Positions 27,619 to 37,678 are shown, counted from the first letter of the stretch. The stretch: 53,370 bases of DNA from Spirochaetaceae bacterium (GCA_003559765.1 PWKH01000049.1:1-53370); one strand, 5' to 3'. Notes: generated by a model from the letters alone, not told the origin. A program made the numbers and translations.

Positions 27619-28545
27619 TTACCAGCGGCGGCAGAAGATGTTTCCCTCCTCCGCAGGAAGGAGCTCTCCGCAGCGCAGGGAGAACTCCTCAAGGTACTCC
27701 TCCAGCTCCTCGGGCAGTTTCTGTCCGTACACCTCGGTGAGATGAAGCAGCTGCTGCTTTGTCCTGCTCCCGATGAGCACTGTGTGGACTCCTTTTGCGG
27801 CTGCAGCCCACAGCAGTGCCGCCTGGGCAGGAGTAAGGCCGTAGCTGCTGACCTTCAGGCGGTATGCATCCAGCAGTTCTCCCAGCCGGCTGCGTACTTC
27901 CGGCCGGCAGAACACCAGAGAGCTTCTCCAGTCTTGGGGCGGATAGGGAGTGCGGGCAAGCAGGCCCTGGGCCAGCACGCTGTAGGCAGCAAAGCGGATG
28001 CCCAGGCTTCTGCACAGCGGCAGAAGCTCATCCTCCGGACGCCTCCACAGCAGGGAGTATGCATCCTGCACATAGGAGATCTCACAAAAACAGCTCAGGG
28101 TGTAAATCATATCCGGGGGGAAATTGCTCAGTCCGATGTGCCGCAGTTTGCCCGCTTCCCGGAAGGACTGCAGCACCTCGAGGAGGGGACGGAAATCGTA
28201 GTGCTGTATCGGCCAGTGGATGTAGCAGACATCAAGATAGGAAGTGCACAGCCGATTCAAACTGGTCTCAAAGCGGGAGGCGAATCCCCGGGGAGTTAGA
28301 TTGGGAGTGACGAAGATCTTCGTGGCGAGGGACAGCTCCTCCCGGGGAGTTTTCCGGCGGAACCGCCGCAGCTGCTGGCCGGCAAGCTGTTCGGACCGTC
28401 CTTTCCCGTAGACCTGGGCGGTATCAAAATGCCTGATTCCGCTTCTGACGGCGGCATGGATGGTCTGAACTGAATCTGATGCGCTGAATTCCTCCCGGTA
28501 CCCCGGGGCGAAGGACCAGCAGCCGAGTCCAAGCTGTGCATACAT
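27619..28545 (-). CDS. Aldo/keto reductase
   Basis: LGLGCW, FDTAQVYG (D,Y), ATKI (K), YIHWP (H), IGLSNF; start re-assigned to ATG 28545. Confidence 0.9.
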   Translation of the reverse strand: MYAQLGLGCWSFAPGYREEFSASDSVQTIHAAVRSGIRHFDTAQVYGKGRSEQLAGQQLRRFRRKTPREELSLATKIFVTPNLTPRGFASRFETSLNRLCTSYLDVCYIHWPIQHYDFRPLLEVLQSFREAGKLRHIGLSNFPPDMIYTLSCFCEISYVQDAYSLLWRRPEDELLPLCRSLGIRFAAYSVLAQGLLARTPYPPQDWRSSLVFCRPEVRSRLGELLDAYRLKVSSYGLTPAQAALLWAAAAKGVHTVLIGSRTKQQLLHLTEVYGQKLPEELEEYLEEFSLRCGELLPAEEGNIFCRRW

Positions 28546-28620
28546 GCCCCATGATAAAAGCTTCAGAGAAGTTGTGCAATCACTTGAAGCGTCCATGACA
28601 AACAGGATAGTATCTGCTGC
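28546..28620. promoter_or_regulatory. Back-to-back divergent promoters, both apparently leaderless
   Basis: Minus: TTGCAC(28579-74)-17-TATCAT-5-ATG. Plus: TTGAAG(28584-89)-18-TAGTAT(28608-13)-7-ATG. Confidence 0.7.
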
Positions 28621-29538
28621 ATGAAGCATCGTTATCTGCCTGAAATCCTGCTGACTGCAGCCATGATCTTTTACGGGACCTCCTTTGTCGCTACCAAGTT
28701 CGCCCTGGAGGTGTATAATACCATTACCATTGTCACTGTCAGAAAACTTCTGGCAGCGGGCATGCTCGCCGCTGCACTGTTTATCCAGCAGGGGAAAAAG
28801 GGATTTCCCTCACGGCAGATGATGCCGCCTCTGGTGCTCATCGCGGTGTTTCAGCCATTTCTGTACTTCATCAGTGAAACCTACGGAATCAGCATGGTGG
28901 AAGCCTCCCTGGCGGCAATTATTATTGCGACCCTCCCGGTGTTCACTCCCCTGATTGCAGGACTTTTCTTTGATGAGAAGCTCAACCGGTACAACTACCT
29001 CGGAGTGGTGCTCTCTGCAGCGGGGGTTGCCCTGATCGTGCTTACTGACCGCTCCGATGACGGGACGCCTGTCCGGCTGCTGGGGGTGCTGCTGCTGTTC
29101 GGTGCGGTGTTTGCGAATATCGGGTACTCCATCGTGGTAAAGAAAACCTCCCCGGGGCTCTCTTCGCTCACCATTACCACCATGCAGAACTGCTTCGGGG
29201 CGGCGATGCTTCTGCCGTTGTTTGCAGCCCTGGAGTTTTCCCATGCCGCCGCTCAGCCGGTTTCCTGGCTTCCTCTGGCAAGCATCATCTATCTGGCGAT
29301 ATTCCCTTCCAGCCTCGCCTTCATCTTTATGACCTACGGAATCAGGGCAATCGGTCCGACCCGGGCCATGGTGTTTACCAACCTGGTGCCCCTGGTCACA
29401 GCACTGCTTTCTCTTTCACTGCTGCAGGAGGCCTTTACCGTCTACAAAGTGGCGGGAATGGCGGTGATTCTCAGCGGGGTGATGCTTTCACAGCGGGGAA
29501 GCGCCAAGGTGACCGAGGAGGTCCTGGTAGACCGCTGA
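28621..29538 (+). CDS. DMT/EamA family transporter
   Basis: Two EamA-like halves, about 10 TM (GTSFVATK, P..T.L.A..F..EK, G.LLL..AV, Y.AIFPS.LAF, NLVPLV). Confidence 0.92.
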   Translation: MKHRYLPEILLTAAMIFYGTSFVATKFALEVYNTITIVTVRKLLAAGMLAAALFIQQGKKGFPSRQMMPPLVLIAVFQPFLYFISETYGISMVEASLAAIIIATLPVFTPLIAGLFFDEKLNRYNYLGVVLSAAGVALIVLTDRSDDGTPVRLLGVLLLFGAVFANIGYSIVVKKTSPGLSSLTITTMQNCFGAAMLLPLFAALEFSHAAAQPVSWLPLASIIYLAIFPSSLAFIFMTYGIRAIGPTRAMVFTNLVPLVTALLSLSLLQEAFTVYKVAGMAVILSGVMLSQRGSAKVTEEVLVDR

Positions 29539-29952
29539 GGGATCGAGATGCTCATCGCAGTACAGCGGCACGGACCAGGACCGCAGACGCTCGGCCAGTT
29601 TTCCCGATCCGGGAATCAGCCTTCCGGAAAAGCTTCCGTCATAGATGCAGTGCACTCCGCAGGAGGGAGAGCGCTCCTTGAGCACCGCGGCACGCACCCT
29701 CCGCCGGTCTGCGGCGCCCAGCAGATGCTCAATTGCCTCCTCCAGAGCTTCAGTAAAATCTGCTCCGTCCCGGGTGACCAGCCGTCCGCCTGTGAGTTCC
29801 ATGGGCTCTCTGGGCACGCCGAAGCCTGCGGCAGTCTCAGGGCAGCAGGGATAGATCGCCTCCCGGGGCAGGGAGAGCACCGGTGCAAAGGAGGAAGCTG
29901 TCCCGTTGCAGCGGCAGGGCAGACCGGCAAGACAGGCGCTTACGAGTATCAT
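29488..29952 (-). CDS. DUF523 family protein (TudS-like thiouracil desulfurase/desulfidase)
   Basis: MILVSACLAG.PC, CPE...G..VPR, LKERSPSCG; real start at ATG 29952, preceded by TTGCCC-18-TAAACT-7. Confidence 0.88.
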   Translation of the reverse strand: MILVSACLAGLPCRCNGTASSFAPVLSLPREAIYPCCPETAAGFGVPREPMELTGGRLVTRDGADFTEALEEAIEHLLGAADRRRVRAAVLKERSPSCGVHCIYDGSFSGRLIPGSGKLAERLRSWSVPLYCDEHLDPSAVYQDLLGHLGASPL

Positions 29953-29989
29953 GGGAATCAGTTTATCCCGAAGATGAGGAAAAGGGCAA

Positions 29990-31096
29990 TCAGTTAAACC
30001 GGAGATATCTTCCGGCCTTTTCAGCCAGATGTCGGGGGATTCTGATCTCCCCCAGGTCCCGGATGGTCTGCTCCTTCCTGACTTTGAGAATCCGGGCGGC
30101 CAGGGTCGGTCCGATTCCCGGCACCCGGAGCAGGGATGTCTTCCCGGCGGAATTGACCGCCACGGGAAAGAACTCCGGGTGGGCGTCGGCCCACAGCTGC
30201 TTCGGGTCCTTTTCCAGGGAAAGAGAGCCGTCGGTGAAGAGAAAATCGTCAAAGGTGAATCCGTAGGAGCGGACCAGATAGTCCGCCTGATAAAGCCGGT
30301 GCTCCCGGACGAAGCGCTGCTCACCGTCGGAGGTTTCCGACTCTCCGGGAATGGAGGGATCTCCCAGGCCGCGCTGGTATGAGGAGAAGTAGATGCGGTA
30401 GACCCCCAGCCCCTGATACAGCCGCCAGAGATAGGCCAGTATCTCCCGGTCGGTCTCGTCGGAGGCGCCGACGATGAACTGGGTGGTCTGGTGCTTCCCG
30501 GTGCTTCTGGATAGTTCACTGATATATTTCATCGGCTCAATGATGTCGCTGTGGTAGTCCTTCATGGCCGAAAGGCGCGAGTAGTGACGGGCCCCGGGGG
30601 TTTCGATGTTGAGAGAAACCGCGTTGGACAATGCGAAGGCCTCCCGGATCGCCTCCCGGGATGCTCCGGGGATGATCTTGATGTGAATATATCCGGTGAA
30701 ACCGTGGTGCTTTCTCAGAATGCGGGCAGTATCAATGAGACGCTGCATGGTATGGTCCGCCGAGTGAAGCACCCCTGAGGAGAGAAACATCCCCACGAGC
30801 TTCCGTTTTGTCCTGAGATCCATGAAGAACCGGGCAAGCTTCTCCGGGGCGACGGCGACTCTGGGGTAGTCCCGCTGCTGCCGCAGGGGGCAGTACCTGC
30901 AGTCGTTGGTGCAGGAGTTGGTCAGCAGGGTCTTGAGCATGATCCCCGTCCCTCCTCCGGGGACGGTCACCGGATACAGCCATCTGCCCTCGGCTCCCCG
31001 CCTTCGGTGATCGTCATTTCTGGAAGTCCCGCAGGCGCAGGAGAGATCATACTGAGCGTCCCTGGCCAGGGCTTCAACTGCAGACTGTGTGTCCAT
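29990..31096 (-). CDS. Radical SAM protein with C-terminal HhH (TIGR03916-like putative DNA modification/repair rSAM)
   Basis: YDLSCACG, LKTLLTNSCTNDCRYC (CX3CX2C), FLSSGV, YIHIKIIPGA, TTQFIVGA, REHRLYQADYL, LLRVPGIGP; promoter TTGATT-17-TACCAT-5-ATG. Confidence 0.88.
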   Translation of the reverse strand: MDTQSAVEALARDAQYDLSCACGTSRNDDHRRRGAEGRWLYPVTVPGGGTGIMLKTLLTNSCTNDCRYCPLRQQRDYPRVAVAPEKLARFFMDLRTKRKLVGMFLSSGVLHSADHTMQRLIDTARILRKHHGFTGYIHIKIIPGASREAIREAFALSNAVSLNIETPGARHYSRLSAMKDYHSDIIEPMKYISELSRSTGKHQTTQFIVGASDETDREILAYLWRLYQGLGVYRIYFSSYQRGLGDPSIPGESETSDGEQRFVREHRLYQADYLVRSYGFTFDDFLFTDGSLSLEKDPKQLWADAHPEFFPVAVNSAGKTSLLRVPGIGPTLAARILKVRKEQTIRDLGEIRIPRHLAEKAGRYLRFN

Positions 31097-31147
31097 GGGT
31101 AATGGTAACGCATGTTAAGGTCAAAATCAAGCGGAATGCAGCGGAAA

Positions 31148-31798
31148 TTACCGGGAGGAGGTCACTCCGGTCTTCGGACAGCGGTCCGAAAGGGGACAGA
31201 CGGAGCATCGCGGTCGTCCGGGGGTGCAGATGATCTGGCCGAAGCGCACCAGGGCTTCATTCACCTCCATCCAGCGCCCCTGCTCCAGCAGCTCCATGAG
31301 GGCATATTCGGTCTCCTCCGGGGTGTGTGTTGAAACCCATCCGAGCCGGTTGGAAATGCGGTGGACATGGATGTCCACGCAGACGGCGGGTATCTGAAAT
31401 CCCAAAGCCAGGGTGAGGGCGGCAGTCTTCCTGCCGACTCCCGGGAGGGCCAGCAGTCCGGTGAAGGATGCAGGGACTGCCCCGCGGTGCTCATCCCGGA
31501 TAATTCTGCTGATTTTTCTGATCCGTTCCGCCTTGACCGTATAAAACCCGCAGGGATATATCAGCCGGGCAATTTCGTCAGGATCCGCTTCGGCGAGGGC
31601 TTCAGGGGTATCGGCGAAGGTAAAGAGCCTGCGTGAAGCCGCCAGGGTCACCTCGTCTCTGGTGCGCAGAGATATCAGGGTGGACAGCAGAATCCGGAAG
31701 GGATCGCGCCTCTCCAGGGCAACAGCGCTTACCGAAGGGGCTGGAGAGATGTGGTCCATGTGGGCACTGATAATGCTCAGCTGCAGGGCTGCATCCAT
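31148..31798 (-). CDS. nth: Endonuclease III
   Basis: LLSTLISLRTRDE, HhH LPGVGRKTA (catalytic K), VDIHVHR (D), CX6CX2CX5C; start re-assigned to ATG 31798. Confidence 0.95.
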   Translation of the reverse strand: MDAALQLSIISAHMDHISPAPSVSAVALERRDPFRILLSTLISLRTRDEVTLAASRRLFTFADTPEALAEADPDEIARLIYPCGFYTVKAERIRKISRIIRDEHRGAVPASFTGLLALPGVGRKTAALTLALGFQIPAVCVDIHVHRISNRLGWVSTHTPEETEYALMELLEQGRWMEVNEALVRFGQIICTPGRPRCSVCPLSDRCPKTGVTSSR

Positions 31799-31898
31799 AG
31801 GGGGTATCAAGCCAGAGGGAGGGGAAAATGTCAATCACCGCTCCACTGCACCGACGGGCGTCTTGACATGGAGGGTGAATATCCCTAGGTTTCTCTTT
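31799..31898. promoter_or_regulatory. Divergent promoters of nth and aroF-pheA, apparently leaderless
   Basis: Plus: TTGACA(31863-68)-17-TAGGTT-7-ATG(31899). Minus: TTGACA(31834-29)-17-CTTGAT-7-ATG(31798), a weak -10. Confidence 0.6.
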
Positions 31899-33791
31899 AT
31901 GATAATCGTACTTGAACAGAAGGTAACTGAAGAGAAGAAAGCGCATATCCGCCGTTTTTTGGAAAAACGGGGATATCAGGTGCGCGAAATTGTCGGCGAA
32001 GTGGAGACGATCTTCGGCGCCGTCGGTACTCCCGGGATTGATCTGCGGGAGGTGGAGCTGCTTGACGGGGTTTCCAAGGTAGTTCCCATTACCAAGCCCT
32101 ACAAACTCGCTTCCCGGGAGCTGAAAAAGGATGACTCGGTGGTCAGCATCGGTCCGGTGAAGTTCGGAGGCGGCCGCATCTCTGTAATAGCCGGGCCCTG
32201 CGCGGTCGAATCCCGGGAGCAGATATTCGCCGTGGCTGAAGCGGTCAGCAAAGCCGGAGCAGTGGTGCTGCGCGGCGGCGCATTCAAGCCGAGGACCTCC
32301 CCCTATGCCTTCCAGGGACTCGGCGAGCTGGGACTTTCCTACATGAAGGAAGCCGGGGAGGCCTACGGCCTGCCGATCACCTCGGAAATCGTCAGCCCCG
32401 CCCATGTGGAGATGATGGCCTCCTATGTCGACGCCTTCCAGATCGGTGCGCGGAACATGCAGAACTTTGAACTGCTCAAGGAAGTAGGCGCATCCGGGCT
32501 TCCGGTGATACTCAAGCGGGGGCTGTGCGCCACCATCGAAGAGTGGCTCATGGCGGCTGAATACCTGATGGCCCACGGAACCGATAACGTGGTGCTCTGC
32601 GAACGGGGGATCAGGACCTTTGAGCGCTACACCCGCAACACCCTCGATCTGAGCGCCATTCCGGTGGTCAAGAAACTCAGCCATCTTCCGGTGATTGTGG
32701 ATCCCAGCCATGGCACGGGACTGCGGGGCAAGGTGATTCCCATGGGACTGGCTGCGGCAGCCGCCGGAGCCGACGGGCTGATGGTGGAGGTGCATACCAA
32801 TCCCGATGAGGCTCTCTCCGACGGTCCCCAGACGCTTTTCCCTGAGCAGTTTGAAAAGCTCATGCGGGATATCGAGGCGATGACCCCCGTGCTCGGGAAG
32901 TCCCTTGAGCACATTCCGAGACGAAAGCCCTTCTCTGCCGCCAGAAAACCCGCTGACGAAGGGGAGAACCTGGCGGCATTCCAGGGAGTTCCCGGAGCAT
33001 ACAGCGAAGAGGCGCTTCGGCAGTACTTCCATGAGTCCTTTCAGCCGAAAGCCTGCAGGCATTTCCGGGATGTCTTTGAAGCCGTCGCTTCAGGGGAATG
33101 CCGCTACGGGATTATTCCGGTGGAAAACTCCCTGGCAGGGGTAATCAACGAGAATCTCGATCTGCTGCTGCGGTATCCCGACTGCCGGGTGGTCGGGGAA
33201 AAGGAAATTCGCATTGTCCACAGCCTCATAGCAAAACCGGGGACAAAGCTTGCAGATATCCGGCGGGTTTACTCCCACCCCCAGGGACTGGCTCAGTGCG
33301 AGGCGTTTCTCGATACCCTTTCCGGGGCTGAGCGGGTCCCCTTCTTCGACACCGCCGGGGCGGTGGCCTATATTGCCCAGCAGGAGGATGCCCAGGCTGC
33401 CGCCATTGCCGGCGGAGGTGCTGCCGACTACTACGGCATGGAGGTGCTCAAGGAGGGAATTGAGACCAACCCCAGGAACTACACCCGTTTCTACATCATA
33501 ACCAGGGAGGAAACCGATGAAACCGGCGGCAGAGAGCCGAACCGGATGATTATGGTCTTCTCCACCCCGGATGAACCGGGCGCCCTGTTCAAATGTCTGA
33601 AGATCCTCGCCGAACACGGTCTGAACATGAAGAAGCTCGAATCCCGGCCGATTCACGGCAAGCCCTGGGAATATATGTTCTTTGTGGAAACAGAAATTCC
33701 CGGCAGAACCTCCTATGAAGCGGCGGTAGAGCAGCTGCGGACGGCATCGGAGGATTTCCGAATACTCGGGTCGTTTTATACCCGGAAGTAA
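31899..33791 (+). CDS. aroF-pheA: Type I-beta DAHP synthase fused to prephenate dehydratase plus ACT domain
   Basis: N-terminal regulatory domain, AGPCAVES, FKPRTSPY, VDPSH; then AFQG..GAYSE, PVENS, SHPQGLAQC, NYTRF, PGALF...LESRP; no chorismate mutase domain. Confidence 0.93.
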   Translation: MIIVLEQKVTEEKKAHIRRFLEKRGYQVREIVGEVETIFGAVGTPGIDLREVELLDGVSKVVPITKPYKLASRELKKDDSVVSIGPVKFGGGRISVIAGPCAVESREQIFAVAEAVSKAGAVVLRGGAFKPRTSPYAFQGLGELGLSYMKEAGEAYGLPITSEIVSPAHVEMMASYVDAFQIGARNMQNFELLKEVGASGLPVILKRGLCATIEEWLMAAEYLMAHGTDNVVLCERGIRTFERYTRNTLDLSAIPVVKKLSHLPVIVDPSHGTGLRGKVIPMGLAAAAAGADGLMVEVHTNPDEALSDGPQTLFPEQFEKLMRDIEAMTPVLGKSLEHIPRRKPFSAARKPADEGENLAAFQGVPGAYSEEALRQYFHESFQPKACRHFRDVFEAVASGECRYGIIPVENSLAGVINENLDLLLRYPDCRVVGEKEIRIVHSLIAKPGTKLADIRRVYSHPQGLAQCEAFLDTLSGAERVPFFDTAGAVAYIAQQEDAQAAAIAGGGAADYYGMEVLKEGIETNPRNYTRFYIITREETDETGGREPNRMIMVFSTPDEPGALFKCLKILAEHGLNMKKLESRPIHGKPWEYMFFVETEIPGRTSYEAAVEQLRTASEDFRILGSFYTRK

Positions 33792-33805
33792 GAAACGAGG
33801 CTGCT

Positions 33806-34318
33806 ATGGCTGATGTCAGAGAATTCCGGCCCCACCTGCTGCTCATGGGAATCCTCTCCGCTCTCCCCGAAGAGGAGGAGGCGATGGAGGAAGCCCTTCA
33901 GCGGCAGTACGGTCCGGTGGCTGTGCGCAGTCCCCGATGGGATTTCACCTTTACCCGGTATTATACCGGGGAAATGGGGGAGGAAATCCAGCGCTATTTC
34001 CTGGTGTTCCGGAATCCCGTCGATCCCTCCCGGCTCGCAGACATCAAGCTGTCCGCCAATGAACTGGAAGGACAGTTCTCCCGGGAGGGAAGTCGGCAGT
34101 TCAATATAGATCCCGGACTGCTGTCGCTTGAGCGGCTCATCCTCGCTTCAGCCAAGGACCGGGGAAACCGCATTCCCCTGAAATCGGGCATCTATGCTGA
34201 AGTGACCCTGCTCTACATGCACGGCAGCTATGCCCCGCTGCCCTGGAGCTATGCGGACTACCGGAGTGACGAGTGCCGCAACTTCTTTGAACAGGTCAGA
34301 AATACCATGCTGAAATGA
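33806..34318 (+). CDS. DUF4416 family protein
   Basis: F..T.YY..EMG, NIDPG, LASAKD...RI, GIYAEVTL, PWSYADY. Confidence 0.85.
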   Translation: MADVREFRPHLLLMGILSALPEEEEAMEEALQRQYGPVAVRSPRWDFTFTRYYTGEMGEEIQRYFLVFRNPVDPSRLADIKLSANELEGQFSREGSRQFNIDPGLLSLERLILASAKDRGNRIPLKSGIYAEVTLLYMHGSYAPLPWSYADYRSDECRNFFEQVRNTMLK

Positions 34319-34351
34319 ATCAGCATCCCCCCTTCCGGGGATGTCTGAACC

Positions 34352-35104
34352 ATGAGACTCTCCTTTATCGTGCTGGCGGCACTCCTGCTTGCAGGCTGCA
34401 GCCTGGCTGCTGAAACCCGCAGGATCGTGGTGGAAATCCCTGTGGAGAACTCCTGGGAAGCTCTCGGGCTGGAGGAGCCGTGGCATCTCATTCAATGGCC
34501 CGATTCCCGGGGGAGCATCCGGTCTCTCCGCCTGCCTCCGGGAGTCTCCCGTGCGGAAGCGGATCTTCCCAAGGGAGCAGACGTGCCGGTGCTGGCCCGG
34601 CCCTACGGACGGTATCCGGGTTACGGCGGATGGGCTGATGCGGCTGAGTCATCCCGGATTGTACTGAGCCCGCAGTTCTCCGGGTTCGCTTCCCTGCTTC
34701 TGGACCTCTGGCAGTCCGTCCCTGAGCGCTGTGCTGCCCTCCGGCTGTCTCATTGGGGGGAGGCGCTGGATCAGCTCAAGGACCCGGCAGACCATCCTCC
34801 GGCGGATTTTCAGCTGCTTCGGCTTGACCGGAGCCAGGCAAGGATCAGCATCATCACCGGAGAGCTGTCGGCTGAGAGTCTGCAGCTGCTGCCTTCGGCA
34901 GCCGGGGAGGTTGAATTTCCCGAAGCAGGCCTCTGGTATCTCCGGGAGGATCCCTGTCAGCGGTTTGTCCTGCCATCGAAGACCGGGACGCTGTCCCTTC
35001 CATATCCTGGGGCGTACACCTTCGTGCATGTAAAGGGGGGGCATGAGGTGACCGTGGTGCTGGATCGGGAAGGAGGGACCATGCTGCAGACAGACAGGCA
35101 GTGA
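34352..35104 (+). CDS. Hypothetical lipoprotein
   Basis: MRLSFIVLAALLLAGC: signal peptide with LAGC lipobox; no family recognised. Confidence 0.75.
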   Translation: MRLSFIVLAALLLAGCSLAAETRRIVVEIPVENSWEALGLEEPWHLIQWPDSRGSIRSLRLPPGVSRAEADLPKGADVPVLARPYGRYPGYGGWADAAESSRIVLSPQFSGFASLLLDLWQSVPERCAALRLSHWGEALDQLKDPADHPPADFQLLRLDRSQARISIITGELSAESLQLLPSAAGEVEFPEAGLWYLREDPCQRFVLPSKTGTLSLPYPGAYTFVHVKGGHEVTVVLDREGGTMLQTDRQ

Positions 35105-35120
35105 AACCTCAGGAGGACAT

Positions 35121-35147
35121 AAAACAGCCGCCCTGCAGCAGGGCGGC
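35121..35147 (-). terminator. Intrinsic terminator for leuS (possibly bidirectional)
   Basis: GCCGCCCTG-CAG-CAGGGCGGC perfect 9-bp stem, followed by TGTTTT on the minus strand. Confidence 0.75.
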
Positions 35148-35167
35148 ATCAAATCCGGCGGAGCCGG

Positions 35168-37678
35168 TTATTTCACCACAATATTCACCAGTTTCTTCGG
35201 TACGGCAATCGTCTTAACGATATCCCTGCCGTCAATCCATTTTCGGATCTTCTCATGGTCCAGGGCTGACTGCTTCATGGCCTGTTCATCCGCATCGGCG
35301 GACATCATCACCTTGGCCCGGACCTTCCCGTTCACCTGAAAGACCACTTCGGTTTCCTCTTCCCTGCACAGCTGCTCGTCCCAGCCGGGCCATTCGGCAT
35401 AGGCCAGGGAGCTGTGATGCCCCAGCTGCTGGTAGAGCTCTTCGGCAAGATGCGGCGCATAGGGCGCAAGAATCAGGATAAAGGGCTCCCAGAGACTCCG
35501 GCAGAGGCCCTCCTGCTTGAAGAGTTCGTTTATGTAGACCATCATCTGGGCGATGGCGGTGTTGAAGTCCAGGTTTCCGGTATCTACGGAGACCTTTTTT
35601 ATGGTCTTATGGAGCAGCTTCAGCAGGTGCTGGGGCGGCTGCCCGTCGGTGACTTCCCGCTGGGAAAGCCTCCAGACCCGGTCCAGAAAGCGGTAGACTC
35701 CGGTAAGCCCTTTGGTTGACCAGGGCTTTGAAACCTGCAGCGGTCCCATGAACATCTCATACATCCGCATGGAATCAGCCCCGTAGGACTCGATAATCTC
35801 ATCGGGGTTGATGACGTTCTTCAGACTCTTGGACATCTTTGCCACCACCGGCTCAACCGGCTCCCGGGTGTGCTTCTCCACATAGGCTCCGGACTCAGTT
35901 TCCTCCACTTCGTCATGGGGCACCAGGGACTTATCCCGGCGCTGGTAGGCGTAGGAGGTGATCATTCCCTGGTTCACCAGCCGCATGAAGGGTTCCTTGG
36001 TGTTCACTTTTCCCAGATCATAAAGCACCTTGTGCCAGAACCGGGCGTAGAGCAGATGCAGCACGGCATGCTCCGCTCCTCCCACGTAGAGGTTCACGGG
36101 CATCCAGTAGTCAATGCACTCCTGGGAGGCAAATTCCTGATCATTACGGGGATCAAGGTAGCGCAGATAATACCAGCAGGATCCGGCCCACTGGGGCATG
36201 GTATTGGTCTCCCGTTTTGCCGCTTCGCCGCAGTTCGGGCAGGAGGTGTTCACCCAGTCGTCAATTTTTGCCAGGGGACTTTCACCGGTCCCTGATGGGG
36301 TGTATGAGTCAACCTCAGGAAGCATCAGGGGCAGGTTCTCCTCGGGAACCGGGACGATTCCGCAGCTGCTGCAGTGCACCAGGGGGATCGGCTCGCCCCA
36401 GTAGCGCTGTCTGCTGAAGACCCAGTCGCGGAGTTTGTAGTTCACCGCCCGTTCTCCCAGCCCTTTGCTCTCCAGCCAGTTGATCATGCTCTCAATGGCT
36501 TCCTCGGTCTGCAGTCCGTCAAGAAATCCGGAATTGACGTTGATCCCCGTTCCTTCATAGGCTTCCTGCTCGACGTCTCCGCCCTGGACTACTTCCACAA
36601 CAGGGATATGGTATTTCCGGGCATACTCCCAGTCCCGCTGGTCATGTCCGGGGACTGCCATAATCGCTCCGGATCCGTAGGATATCAGGACGTAGTCGGC
36701 AATCCAGATGGGGATGCTCTTGCCGTTTACCGGATTTACTGCATAGGCGCCGGAGAACACCCCGGTCTTCTCCTTGGCGAGATCGGTCCGCTCCAGATCT
36801 GATTTTTTTTCGGCCTTCTCGAGGTAAGCCTCAACTGCCTCCCGCTGTTCATCCGAGGTGATTTTCTTCACCAGGGGATGCTCCGGGGCCAGCACCATAT
36901 AGGTAGCCCCGAAGAGCGTGTCGGGCCTGGTGGTGTAGACCGAAAGGGTCTCCTCGCTCCGTTCCACGGAGAACCGGACGTTGGCCCCTTCGCTGCGGCC
37001 GATCCAGTTGCGCTGCATTGCCTTGATGGCATCGCTCCAGTCCAGTTTCTCCAGGTCTTCCAGAAGCCGGTCTGCATATTCCGTGATTTTCAGAATCCAC
37101 TGGCGGATCGTCTTTCTGCGGACCTGAGTGCCGCACCGGTCGCAGGCTCCGTCAATAACCTCTTCATTGGCAAGGCCGGTCAGGCAGTCGGGACACCAGT
37201 TGATCGGCGTGTCCGATTCGTATGCAAGGCCGCGTTTGAACAGCTGCAGAAAAATCCACTGGGTCCATCGGTAGTACTCCGGTGTGTGGGTGGAAACTTC
37301 CCGGTCCCAGTCATAGGAAAATCCGAGGCCCTTAATCTGGCTGCGGAATTTCTCGATATTCTGTTCAGTGGTTATCCTCGGGTGGGTGCCCGTGGTGATC
37401 GCGTAGTTCTCCGCGGGAAGGCCGAAGGAGTCAAACCCCATGGGATGCAGCACGTTGTACCCCTTCATCCGGAGGTATCGGCAGTAGATGTCCGTGGCGG
37501 TATACCCTTCCGGATGGCCTACATGGAGGCCGGACCCTGAGGGGTAGGGGAACATATCCAGCACGTAGGCGCGCCGTTCCCGGGGAACCGACGGGTCTTC
37601 CTTTGCTCTGAAGGTCTTATGCTCTTCCCAATGCTGCTGCCATTTTTTTTCTATCTGGTGAAATGGATATTTGCTCAT
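35168..37678 (-). CDS. leuS: Leucyl-tRNA synthetase
   Basis: [12 protein letters not shown] (HIGH), editing domain [14 protein letters not shown]; promoter TTGACC-17-TATCAT-6-ATG. Confidence 0.97.
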   Translation of the reverse strand: MSKYPFHQIEKKWQQHWEEHKTFRAKEDPSVPRERRAYVLDMFPYPSGSGLHVGHPEGYTATDIYCRYLRMKGYNVLHPMGFDSFGLPAENYAITTGTHPRITTEQNIEKFRSQIKGLGFSYDWDREVSTHTPEYYRWTQWIFLQLFKRGLAYESDTPINWCPDCLTGLANEEVIDGACDRCGTQVRRKTIRQWILKITEYADRLLEDLEKLDWSDAIKAMQRNWIGRSEGANVRFSVERSEETLSVYTTRPDTLFGATYMVLAPEHPLVKKITSDEQREAVEAYLEKAEKKSDLERTDLAKEKTGVFSGAYAVNPVNGKSIPIWIADYVLISYGSGAIMAVPGHDQRDWEYARKYHIPVVEVVQGGDVEQEAYEGTGINVNSGFLDGLQTEEAIESMINWLESKGLGERAVNYKLRDWVFSRQRYWGEPIPLVHCSSCGIVPVPEENLPLMLPEVDSYTPSGTGESPLAKIDDWVNTSCPNCGEAAKRETNTMPQWAGSCWYYLRYLDPRNDQEFASQECIDYWMPVNLYVGGAEHAVLHLLYARFWHKVLYDLGKVNTKEPFMRLVNQGMITSYAYQRRDKSLVPHDEVEETESGAYVEKHTREPVEPVVAKMSKSLKNVINPDEIIESYGADSMRMYEMFMGPLQVSKPWSTKGLTGVYRFLDRVWRLSQREVTDGQPPQHLLKLLHKTIKKVSVDTGNLDFNTAIAQMMVYINELFKQEGLCRSLWEPFILILAPYAPHLAEELYQQLGHHSSLAYAEWPGWDEQLCREEETEVVFQVNGKVRAKVMMSADADEQAMKQSALDHEKIRKWIDGRDIVKTIAVPKKLVNIVVK

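Noticed and set aside
29953-30519. 189-codon open frame upstream of DUF523 overlapping the rSAM 3' half (ORF 29488-30519), a possible frameshift fusion
   Set aside because: The rSAM frame is intact through its HhH end, the extension looks like low-complexity off-frame GC-rich translation, and DUF523 has its own promoter and ATG at 29952.
31602-33062. Long antisense ORFs (486 aa here; also 22902-23882, 7232-8221, 17400-18359, 49686-50558, 21594-22715)
   Set aside because: They are shadows of well-supported genes on the opposite strand, expected with high-GC codon bias; no motifs or initiation signals.
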